A stretch of DNA of 64,000 bases from IMG/VR virus record IMGVR_UViG_3300045988_159115. One strand, 5' to 3'. Of the stretch, positions 9,514 through 17,215 are shown piece by piece. This DNA comes from a virus. Under the pieces are notes generated by a model, which saw only the letters and a program-made list of their open reading frames with translations, was not told the DNA's origin and searched no databases. How positions within the stretch are numbered: position 1 is the stretch's first letter; every line of letters starts with the position of its first letter. The position numbers and the translations under genes were made by a program.

Positions 9514-10224
9514 TTAGAAGATTTGATATTCCGGAGTTTCTTTCTTCGGAATGAAGTCAGAACCAGTACGATCCTTCATGCTGACAACGATCTGATGATA
9601 GGTATAAACGATCTTCATGATCATATCCATCAGGAAAGATGCAACGGATTGCATGTACATCGAAACACCAGATTCTTTCACATCGTTATACTTTGCAGAG
9701 AAAGAATCAAACGATGCTTTCATAGCGTCGATGTCAGTCTTCAGCTTCTCTTCGAATGCAACGAGATCGGAGATCATCTCCACGTTCTTCATGGCATCGT
9801 TCAGATTCATAGAATCATAAGACTCCATAAAAAAGATAGAATCGACGAACTTCTTGTCTCGCCCAATAACAGTATCCACTGTGGACACTGCGGATTCAAC
9901 GACAATGTCATCACTGTCAGTAAGAGATACAGTAGCCTCGCAAAACTCAAGCATACCAGGATAATAATCCATATACTTGGAATAAGCGATAGGAAGATCA
10001 ATTACTTCCACACGATTGAACGGATACGCATTCTCCTTGATCGCAGTATAGATTCTATGAATCTGATCTGCCTTATCAGAGAAAAATCCATCCAGAATAT
10101 TGATGGACTCCGTAATGAACCGATGCCCTGCATCGAACGAAGAACCATCCTTCTTACCATCCCAAATTTCGCATGACTCATCATACAGTGATTTCAGAGA
10201 GTCTTTCACATCTGTCCATTCCAT
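9514..10224 (-). CDS. hypothetical acidic protein
   Basis: 236 aa, SD AAAGGTGGGG. Follows 10239.. with a 14-nt spacer. No domain recognised. Confidence 0.75.
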   Translation of the reverse strand: MEWTDVKDSLKSLYDESCEIWDGKKDGSSFDAGHRFITESINILDGFFSDKADQIHRIYTAIKENAYPFNRVEVIDLPIAYSKYMDYYPGMLEFCEATVSLTDSDDIVVESAVSTVDTVIGRDKKFVDSIFFMESYDSMNLNDAMKNVEMISDLVAFEEKLKTDIDAMKASFDSFSAKYNDVKESGVSMYMQSVASFLMDMIMKIVYTYHQIVVSMKDRTGSDFIPKKETPEYQIF

Positions 10225-10238
10225 ACTTCACCCCACCT

Positions 10239-11258
10239 TTACAAAAGCTGGAGTGAAGAAGTGGAACCATTGTCTCCATGCTTCATGTTATCCAGCGTCA
10301 TGTACTTCGAATCATTTCGGATAGCAGCTTCACCAGCACTCATTGCCTTAGCATGAGTTACACGAAGCTTATCAGAGACGCGCAGGCAAAGATTCTTCAC
10401 CTTCTCCTGCTTCATCAGAATATCGGCTTTCTTTTCCTTTGAGAAATCAGAGTTTGCCTCAACAACGCTCTTATTCAGTTCAAGGAAATAAGCCTGCTGA
10501 GCAAGAGCATCGCTAATATTCGACTTGATATTATAGTACTGATAGACCAGTTCACGCATGACAGGAATAATTGCAAGTGCAACAGCAACCACAGCAGTAA
10601 CGCCAATTGCTGTATATGCACCAATGAAATTATCCTCACCGTCTTTCAGCATACCGTCGAGGAACTTTGCATACTGCATCTTCTTATTGACAGCGTTGTA
10701 CTTTGCAAGCTGATCAATGTAGAATGTGTTAGCGCGGTACTTCGTATTCTTCAGAGTGATCTTAATGGTAGCAGCATCAGGGCGCTTCACATAATCGACG
10801 AACTCATACAGAATCGTAGAAGTTGCCTGAACACATGCGTACACAAACGTATTGTACTCAAGCATCACGTACTCATTCTTCATCATAAAGCCCTTCTTAT
10901 ACAGAGGAGCCAGTTTCCGAATGTTGTTGATTGCTTCCTTCACTGTCATTACGTACTGCTGAACCTGCTTATTATTCAGATTCGACGCAAGTGCATTGAC
11001 ATTGTCAAGAACATCAATCATATTCTTGTAGCCTACGTATTTCTCAATATCACCAGCAGACACAGGGATATTGTCGAAATCAATATGAGCCTTTGAAATA
11101 ACGCTCATATACAGGCGCTCAAGATACTTACTCGTAACAGAAGAATTTGCATCTTCAAAATATGTGAGAACTTCACGTTCCTGACGCATTGTTGGGTGAT
11201 CAGTTCCACACAGAATACGCACAGACTCTTTTACGAGTCGCGGCTCAATCATCGCCAT
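10239..11258 (-). CDS. hypothetical protein with one central transmembrane-like helix
   Basis: The listed ORF starts at a TTG inside the SD (AAGGAGG). The ATG at 11258 (MAMIEPRL) has proper spacing. Hydrophobic segment IGAYTAIGVTAVVAVALAIIPVM. Confidence 0.75.
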   Translation of the reverse strand: MAMIEPRLVKESVRILCGTDHPTMRQEREVLTYFEDANSSVTSKYLERLYMSVISKAHIDFDNIPVSAGDIEKYVGYKNMIDVLDNVNALASNLNNKQVQQYVMTVKEAINNIRKLAPLYKKGFMMKNEYVMLEYNTFVYACVQATSTILYEFVDYVKRPDAATIKITLKNTKYRANTFYIDQLAKYNAVNKKMQYAKFLDGMLKDGEDNFIGAYTAIGVTAVVAVALAIIPVMRELVYQYYNIKSNISDALAQQAYFLELNKSVVEANSDFSKEKKADILMKQEKVKNLCLRVSDKLRVTHAKAMSAGEAAIRNDSKYMTLDNMKHGDNGSTSSLQLL

Positions 11259-11291
11259 TGTTATAACCTCCTTATTCAAAATTTTTATATA

Positions 11292-12647
11292 TTAGTGACT
11301 GATCATGCGGGTGAGCTCTCTGCCGATCTTATTGGAATTCATCGTAACTTCACGTTCCAGTGATTCGAGGGCATACGTCTCAAATGTATTATTCCCATCA
11401 TAGAGAATATCAACAGTACGATTGCCGTCATCGACAATGATGAATGTCATAAGGAAGAGAGACCGCATCATCGGAACTGCAAACTTCGGATTCCGAAGAT
11501 CATAGCCGGTCTTATTCTTGATCAGGTCTGCTTCATAACCGTTAATGACAACGGTTGCCTGAGGAACCAGCTGAGTACGACTCATCGTAGCCATCTGAGC
11601 CTTTGCAGTAGAACGCATACGCTTCAGAGTATTCCACCAAGGAGATGCACCCATTGAACGGTTTGCAACATCCAGTTTCACATCGTTGATATGGAGCAGA
11701 AGATCCTTAACCAGAGACTTCTCGCCGGTCGTCCAACGAATAAAGTTAAAGAGAACGCCACGATTCTGCATGGTATTCGTAAGATTCACAATCATTTCAT
11801 CCGAATGGACAGAATGGAGAATCACCTTAATACCAACGACGAAATCGACGAACTGGACAAACTCCTCCTCGTCATTGATTGCAGAAAGACGAACCTGCAT
11901 CATGTAAGGCTGCATGTCGTTCTGCTTCTTCACGTCGTTATCCTTCAGAAGCTGAGGCACGGTCTTATTGAAACTCTGCTTATACTTTTCCTTATCCAGA
12001 TCATTTGCAGCACGATAGCGATCGAACTGCATGTCTGTGATCTTCTTATTCATATAATCAGAATCGACTTCTGCCTCACGAGCATAGAACGGATTATTAC
12101 CGACATTCGGGATCGGAGAATAATCCAGATCCTTCAGAGCAGAACTCATCTGAGCCTTATGGGATTCAAAAATAGCCTTCGGGAACTTTTCAGAGAAATT
12201 GAAAGCAAGAATCTGACCGGTTGACTCATTGATATATGCCTTAGTAGAGCCATCATAGATACGAGCAAAAAGAGCATCGTAGTCCGGATCCGGTTCCACG
12301 CAGTTTTCAAGATAGGTATCAATTGCGGTAGACTCGAGCTTCACGTTCTTATGAAAACGCTGAATATACTGATTCACATCCTTATAGTCAGCGATATTCA
12401 TGATATTTTGGGTAGAAAGATAGGTCTGCACAAAAGACGCATACACTCGTTCCATAGTCTTTGCAAGTGTGCTGGCCATATCAATGGGAATAGAATCACT
12501 AATCAGGCAAGGAAACTGCATTGTCGTGTCCATCGCGCCACGAGCAAAACTCTTACGAACCATCTGATTACTCACATGGGTAACATCTGCCCCGACACGG
12601 CCGGCATCACGAACAGCAGCAATGATATCACTAATCGGTGATGACAT
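11292..12647 (-). CDS. hypothetical protein (first gene of a class-I-promoter-driven, presumably structural, operon)
   Basis: The listed start is a GTG. The ATG at 12647 (MSSPISD) follows AGGTGG. 451 aa, no domain recognised. Confidence 0.75.
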   Translation of the reverse strand: MSSPISDIIAAVRDAGRVGADVTHVSNQMVRKSFARGAMDTTMQFPCLISDSIPIDMASTLAKTMERVYASFVQTYLSTQNIMNIADYKDVNQYIQRFHKNVKLESTAIDTYLENCVEPDPDYDALFARIYDGSTKAYINESTGQILAFNFSEKFPKAIFESHKAQMSSALKDLDYSPIPNVGNNPFYAREAEVDSDYMNKKITDMQFDRYRAANDLDKEKYKQSFNKTVPQLLKDNDVKKQNDMQPYMMQVRLSAINDEEEFVQFVDFVVGIKVILHSVHSDEMIVNLTNTMQNRGVLFNFIRWTTGEKSLVKDLLLHINDVKLDVANRSMGASPWWNTLKRMRSTAKAQMATMSRTQLVPQATVVINGYEADLIKNKTGYDLRNPKFAVPMMRSLFLMTFIIVDDGNRTVDILYDGNNTFETYALESLEREVTMNSNKIGRELTRMISH

Positions 12648-12701
12648 ACATACCACCTGTCCTTTCTCTCATGAATTTAGTTTTAGCCTTAGATTCCTAT
12701 T

Positions 12702-12730
12702 GGAAAACTTACCTAATTGTTTTTAGGTGC
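12702..12730 (-). promoter_or_regulatory. candidate phage promoter, class I
   Basis: Minus-sense GCACCTAAAAACAATTAGGTAAGTTTTCC, just downstream (minus sense) of terminator 12761-12807 and ~60 nt upstream of the ATG at 12647. Confidence 0.6.
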
Positions 12731-12760
12731 TTTTTGGCATGGGATTCCAATAAAAAATAA

Positions 12761-12807
12761 AAAAATACAGATGATAATCCATGCATCCGACCACCATCTG
12801 TATTTTT
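12761..12807. terminator. intrinsic terminator (A/T runs on both sides)
   Basis: Stem aaaaatacagatg / catctgtattttt. On the minus strand it is followed by TTTTTTTATTTTTT. Confidence 0.6.
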
Positions 12808-12818
12808 CTTACTGAAGA

Positions 12819-13052
12819 TCAGTCATCATAATTCCAGATGCTTTTCTTCTTTTTCTTGTGCTTCTTTTTCTTCTTCTTTCCTTTCAGATATTTCTCTCTG
12901 TCCTTCCCAGAAAGAAACTCTCCGCTGAGTGCATCAACGACGTTCCTGGTGGTGCCATCCGTATATGTACCGAGGACAACTTTTTGTACCTTCTTATCCC
13001 CGGCAATATCCATGACTGCACTTCCAAGAGCTTTCAGAACTTTGGGATCCAT
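12819..13052 (-). CDS. small protein with a poly-lysine C-terminal tail
   Basis: 77 aa, SD AAAGAGGTG. Tail KGKKKKKKHKKKKKSIWNYDD is encoded by a ~45-nt polypurine tract. Confidence 0.7.
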   Translation of the reverse strand: MDPKVLKALGSAVMDIAGDKKVQKVVLGTYTDGTTRNVVDALSGEFLSGKDREKYLKGKKKKKKHKKKKKSIWNYDD

Positions 13053-13102
13053 TATTTTTCACCTCTTTAAAATTGATAGAAAGATATATCTCAATCTTCC
13101 CT

Positions 13103-13125
13103 CATTAATATAATATATAAATAAA
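13103..13125 (-). promoter_or_regulatory. AT-rich TATATTATAT box (candidate second promoter type)
   Basis: Minus-sense TTATTTATATATTATATTAATGAG, ~55 nt upstream of the ATG at 13052 and just after terminator 13131-13180. Confidence 0.3.
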
Positions 13126-13130
13126 AATAT

Positions 13131-13180
13131 TGAAACCCTCATATCTCAGGTGTAAACTTCACCAAGATATGAGGGTTTCA
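13131..13180 (-). terminator. intrinsic terminator after 13228..13485
   Basis: Stem tgaaaccctcatatct / agatatgagggtttca (16 bp). Minus strand continues AATATTTTTATTT. Confidence 0.75.
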
Positions 13181-13227
13181 ATTATAAAATAGAGAGGATC
13201 CTTACCAACGAAAGCAAATGAATCTTA

Positions 13228-13485
13228 TCAAGATGTTGCGACCAAAGCAGTCAGAGTTGCCGCTGCCAGAGTCAGACCAGCACCGTAAGTGATAGCGCAC
13301 AGAGGCGCGCCAACCTTCGTTTCGGAGTCCGTGACAGTGGGCAGATACTCAGTCAGAGTATTCATACTCTCGTCGCATACAACATCATCCGCAGTATTTG
13401 TGTAATACACCGGATGCACATTCTTCTGCTTGTCGATTTTGTTCATGAGGGCATGGATGCCATCAGTAGATTGTGTAAGGAGCAT
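13228..13485 (-). CDS. small protein with a C-terminal hydrophobic anchor
   Basis: 85 aa. C-terminal APLCAITYGAGLTLAAATLTALVATS. Weak SD GAAAGGATGG. Confidence 0.6.
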   Translation of the reverse strand: MLLTQSTDGIHALMNKIDKQKNVHPVYYTNTADDVVCDESMNTLTEYLPTVTDSETKVGAPLCAITYGAGLTLAAATLTALVATS

Positions 13486-13668
13486 ATGAGTAATACCATC
13501 CTTTCATTACGATATTGAGTAATCTAATGCCGAAGCATCTTTAAGATTTGTCCTGAGATATTACTCCTTAGTTACAAGAACTTCTCCATATTCCAATTAC
13601 CAGGCTTTCCATGCACACTGGGATTACCATTATCTGTCCATATAATGATAGCGCCAGTGCAATAAGAT

Positions 13669-13845
13669 TTAACTTTTTTGGTCCGCCTGTACCGATGATC
13701 CTTCAGGAATATCTTTAGTAGCTCCATTACTTTCAGAGCCAAAGATAAGGACGCCCTTGATATTATATGCTCTTTTCAGAGGATTTCCTTTTGAATCAAA
13801 TGCCGATTTAAGTAAGGATGAGCTCGATACATCATAGATAGCCAT
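13669..13845 (-). CDS. unlisted small ORF (58 aa), possibly continuing by frameshift to 13572
   Basis: ATG at 13845 is preceded by GGGAGGG 7 nt upstream, right after the stop of 13859... Translates MAIYDVSSSSLLKSAFDSKGNPLKRAYNIKGVLIFGSESNGATKDIPEGSSVQADQKS. Below the 60-aa cutoff of the ORF track. Confidence 0.5.
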   Translation of the reverse strand: MAIYDVSSSSLLKSAFDSKGNPLKRAYNIKGVLIFGSESNGATKDIPEGSSVQADQKS

Positions 13846-13858
13846 ATATTGCCCTCCC

Positions 13859-14842
13859 TTACTGCTTAGGTGTAGTATCTCCAGGAGTTACTGTTGTATT
13901 CAAGAATGCCTGAATCATATCATCGGGGCAAATACCAGAGTACACTTTAAAACGGTTAATTGTGCCGTTAAAATATCTATCTGTGTTGCCGCTAGTATCT
14001 CTGTAAGCTCCAAGAATAAGAGACTCGTCGACTGTAGTTGTCATACCCTTTATATCAACCCAGCCTGTATCTGGTTTAGCTTCAGTAGCAACAGCGTCCT
14101 GCTCTAAAGTACCTGAATAAACTATACTTGCTGCTGTCGGGCACACAACACGCATCTGTGAGCCTTTAAAACAAATTACGGCTTTTGTATTACGACCAGC
14201 AAATGCAGTAGATGCTGTGGTTTTCGTCAAAATTTGCTGATTATTATAGGTTGCCATAATTGTATTACCGGTATTAGGTAAAACGGTAATGGCTGTTCCA
14301 GGCCACGGTTGAATTTCCCTCATGCAATGCATGACAGTTCTCATGGCCGTACCAACAGACGCATTCTCACCATTCGAGAAATCAATCATGATGGTAAATT
14401 GCTCATCAGTAATACTTTCGAACAGCTTAATGCCGGTGTCAATGAATTGCTTTTTACTCGGATCAAAGGTAACCGGATTTTCGAGATTATACAGAATATT
14501 GAGAGTATTATTCAAAACCTCATCGGACGGAGTAAGACCCCATTCAGTGCAAAGAGCGTTAAACACCGGAGTCATCTTGTTATTCCCATATGCTGCTCCA
14601 GCAAAAAGATTGATTAACATCTGCTTCACATTATCAGGAAGCTCAGGAGTTTTATTTTCAACAGAAGTGATTTTCTTTGTATTGGCGTCAATTGTATTGC
14701 ACATGGTGACGAGCATGTCAGAAAGAGCATGGTCGTCATCAATCTGAATTTGATTTACAGAAGTTTTCGGATATAAAGGAAGTGCTACATCATCCACAAG
14801 CGTTTTGAAGATAATATTTTTTGAAGTGCTAGGATTACTCAT
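13859..14842 (-). CDS. fibre/receptor-binding-like protein with a C-terminal LamG (concanavalin-like) type motif
   Basis: The listed N-terminal extension (to 14917) contains the upstream terminator hairpin. The ATG at 14842 (MSNPSTS) sits 8 nt after GGAGG. C-terminus FNGTINRFKVYSGICPDDMIQAFL resembles the terminal strand and helix of LamG domains. Confidence 0.7.
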   Translation of the reverse strand: MSNPSTSKNIIFKTLVDDVALPLYPKTSVNQIQIDDDHALSDMLVTMCNTIDANTKKITSVENKTPELPDNVKQMLINLFAGAAYGNNKMTPVFNALCTEWGLTPSDEVLNNTLNILYNLENPVTFDPSKKQFIDTGIKLFESITDEQFTIMIDFSNGENASVGTAMRTVMHCMREIQPWPGTAITVLPNTGNTIMATYNNQQILTKTTASTAFAGRNTKAVICFKGSQMRVVCPTAASIVYSGTLEQDAVATEAKPDTGWVDIKGMTTTVDESLILGAYRDTSGNTDRYFNGTINRFKVYSGICPDDMIQAFLNTTVTPGDTTPKQ

Positions 14843-14871
14843 AATCATATCCTCCAAAACGCGTTTATTAT

Positions 14872-14911
14872 AAAAAAGGATACTGTCAGTTACGTGTAAC
14901 TGACAGTATCC
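14872..14911 (-). terminator. intrinsic terminator after 14995..16068
   Basis: 14-16-bp stem ggatactgtcagttac / gtaactgacagtatcc, followed on the minus strand by TTTTTT. Confidence 0.85.
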
Positions 14912-14994
14912 ATTCATTACTTTGATCTATTACACGCAATCAAAGTTTTTAAGTAACTCTATTGATCAGAATGTATGCTTACACTCTATAGAAA

Positions 14995-16068
14995 TTACTC
15001 AATGATCTGTGCCCAGATATCGGTATCAGCCAGATCAGCAGGCTGCTCAGCCTGGCAGAAGAAGCGAGCACGAGCATTGACGGCAGCTGTCAGAGTACCC
15101 TCGACGCCCTTTGCACGAGCAGCCTCAGCGTCGGCAGCCTTCTGTGCGTTGTCAGCAGCAGTCTTTGCGGTAGCAGCAGAAGCACTTGCAGCATCTGCAA
15201 CAGCCTTAGCGTATGCAACAACAGAAGTAGCGTTAGCACCGGTACCAGCGGTGGGGATTGTACCAACCTTGGTAGTCAGGGCATTGATCTTATCGGTGTT
15301 TGCCTTCTCTGCAGCCTTTGCACGAGTTGCCTCATCGTTAGCTGCCTTCTGAGCTGCTGCAGCTGCGGTGTTAGCGTTTGTACCAGCAGCCTTTGCATCG
15401 GCTGCCAGAGCTGCTGCGTATGCAACGACAGTAGCGGAATTAGCGCCGGTGCCGGTTGTAGGGATCGCACCAACCTTAGTGGTCAGGTCGGTGATCTTCT
15501 TGTTCATCGCAGATGCGTCATCGGGGTGGCTCTGAATCCAAGCAGCGATCTCGCCCAGAGTATCCAGAGACTCCTTAGCACCATCGGGGATCAGCTGTGC
15601 AGCCAGCTCCTCGTTAGCGATGGTACGGACAGACTTGTTTGCATCCTTGCCAACCAGAGTGGTGATCTTACCCTCGGCAGCAGTCATGCGCTCGCCAAGC
15701 TTGGTGATGTTGCCAGCATTAGCAGTCTCAGCAGCCTTTGCTCGAGCAATCTCACCAGCCAGATCGGTAGTAACCTTTGCGATCTTACCAGCCAGAGAAG
15801 TAGCGTCCTTCTCATTAGTCAGCTCAGCCTTCAGAGCAGCGACCTTGTCGTCGATCTGCTTAGAAATAGAGGTTGCATCGTCAGTGCCAAGCAGCTTATC
15901 CAGCTTAGCCTTTGCAGCAGCAACGTCAGCATCGACAACAGCCAGCTTCTGAGTCAGAGTCTGACTGTCAGTGACCATGACCAGCTCTGCAGAAGTCTTA
16001 ACATACAGATCGTAAACGACCTTGTTAAGCTGCTTCTTCAGAAGGACCTTCTTAATATTAGATGCCAT
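14995..16068 (-). CDS. Ala-rich coiled-coil fibre-like protein with two 69-aa tandem repeats
   Basis: The listed start is a GTG. The ATG at 16068 (MASNIKK) follows AAGGAG. Repeat units begin LTTKVG(A/T)IPT(T/A)GTGAN. C-terminal tag QAEQPADLADTDIWAQIIE. Confidence 0.85.
   Translation of the reverse strand: MASNIKKVLLKKQLNKVVYDLYVKTSAELVMVTDSQTLTQKLAVVDADVAAAKAKLDKLLGTDDATSISKQIDDKVAALKAELTNEKDATSLAGKIAKVTTDLAGEIARAKAAETANAGNITKLGERMTAAEGKITTLVGKDANKSVRTIANEELAAQLIPDGAKESLDTLGEIAAWIQSHPDDASAMNKKITDLTTKVGAIPTTGTGANSATVVAYAAALAADAKAAGTNANTAAAAAQKAANDEATRAKAAEKANTDKINALTTKVGTIPTAGTGANATSVVAYAKAVADAASASAATAKTAADNAQKAADAEAARAKGVEGTLTAAVNARARFFCQAEQPADLADTDIWAQIIE
15075..15495 (-). repeat. intragenic tandem duplication (2 x 207 nt)
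   Basis: accaacctt at 15262-15270 and 15469-15477 marks equivalent points. The flanking sequence is colinear and encodes TTKVG.IPT.GTGAN...VVAYA. Confidence 0.7.
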
Positions 16069-16148
16069 ATTAAAAATCACTCCTTAAAAAGTTATTTCTA
16101 TAGATATAAACTGGGATAGCCGAGTCGCTATCCCTTGTTTGTATCATA

Positions 16149-16176
16149 GCATTTAATAAGATGTTTATGGTTAATC
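16149..16176 (-). promoter_or_regulatory. candidate phage promoter, class I (more divergent copy)
   Basis: Minus-sense GATTAACCATAAACATCTTATTAAATGC (AACA-N6-TA kept), between terminator 16188-16224 and the ATG at 16068. Confidence 0.4.
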
Positions 16177-16187
16177 TGGAGGCTGGC

Positions 16188-16224
16188 AAAATGACCCATA
16201 TCCAACACAAGATATGGGTCATTT
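16188..16224 (-). terminator. intrinsic terminator after 16230..17135
   Basis: Stem aaaatgacccatatc / gatatgggtcatttt. Minus strand continues TTTTGCC. Confidence 0.7.
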
Positions 16225-16229
16225 AAAAT

Positions 16230-17135
16230 TTACTCTTTCTGCTCGATAATCTTTCCCCAGATGCATTCCGTATTCGGATTTTCTTTCTGGATAACGATTT
16301 CGTATTTACCAATACCACCAACAGAAGCAACTGCTGCATTCTGAGCAGTATAAGTAGTGGATGCAGTCTTGCTGTTTGTGACAGTCTTGATCAGCACACC
16401 ATCAGTGTTCTCGTCAGCAAGAAATCTGATATCATTTGCATAACCGATCACATCAATCGTGTTGATCTCAAACGTTTCGTTACCGTTATTGATATCCTGC
16501 AAAGTAGTTTTATCAACCGGTCTTGCAGCTGTATATGCTGCCTTGAACAGCGGGAATGAAACGGACACAATCTTCACAATGTAATTTGTGGGATTTGTGA
16601 AACCAGTGAACTTGATAAAATTGACCTTATCAAGAATTGTGTTGACCGTGTAAGTCTGCTCACTTGCTCCATTATTTGAAACAGCAATCTTCACCGTAAC
16701 TTCCGGATCAGTACCATTTGCAACACGACTTGCGTAAATGGACTTCAAGATTGCAGCAGCAGAAGATACTTCCTTGTTACCACGAATTCTAAAGAAGAAT
16801 CCGGGAATGTTAGGAGACATTGTGAATCGACGTTCAATAGCGACGTCAGAACTTGACACAAGATCCAGCTTACCAGTTGTATCAATCGTACGGTAGACGA
16901 TATATTCTTTTTCCGGAAGAACCAAACCGTCGATGCCCATAAGGACACCCATGGTATTGGAAATGACCTCATCTTCGCTAAGGTCTTTATCAGCATATGC
17001 TACGATTACGCCGTCTGTACGTTTATAGTACATACGGCCATCATCGCCACGTACCATAAGCTCGTCGTCTTGCGCATACTCTTTATGGCCAAGATCAAGA
17101 GCAGAGATACCATAGCGTGCCTGAATACCAGCCAT
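16230..17135 (-). CDS. hypothetical structural (fibre-associated?) protein
   Basis: 301 aa, SD GAAAGGTGG. C-terminal tag QKENPNTECIWGKIIEQKE is shared with the downstream fibre protein. Confidence 0.8.
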   Translation of the reverse strand: MAGIQARYGISALDLGHKEYAQDDELMVRGDDGRMYYKRTDGVIVAYADKDLSEDEVISNTMGVLMGIDGLVLPEKEYIVYRTIDTTGKLDLVSSSDVAIERRFTMSPNIPGFFFRIRGNKEVSSAAAILKSIYASRVANGTDPEVTVKIAVSNNGASEQTYTVNTILDKVNFIKFTGFTNPTNYIVKIVSVSFPLFKAAYTAARPVDKTTLQDINNGNETFEINTIDVIGYANDIRFLADENTDGVLIKTVTNSKTASTTYTAQNAAVASVGGIGKYEIVIQKENPNTECIWGKIIEQKE

Positions 17136-17215
17136 TTATTTAGCCACCTTTCTCTTTGATTGTCTCTCTAGGAATCTTAATGATAAGTTTCTTGTATAAG
17201 GTGACAATCATCGTA

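Noticed and set aside
14843-14917. N-terminal 25 codons of listed ORF 13859..14917.
   Set aside because: This extension consists of the upstream gene's terminator hairpin (14878-14911) plus its U-run. A GGAGG-N8-ATG start is available at 14842.
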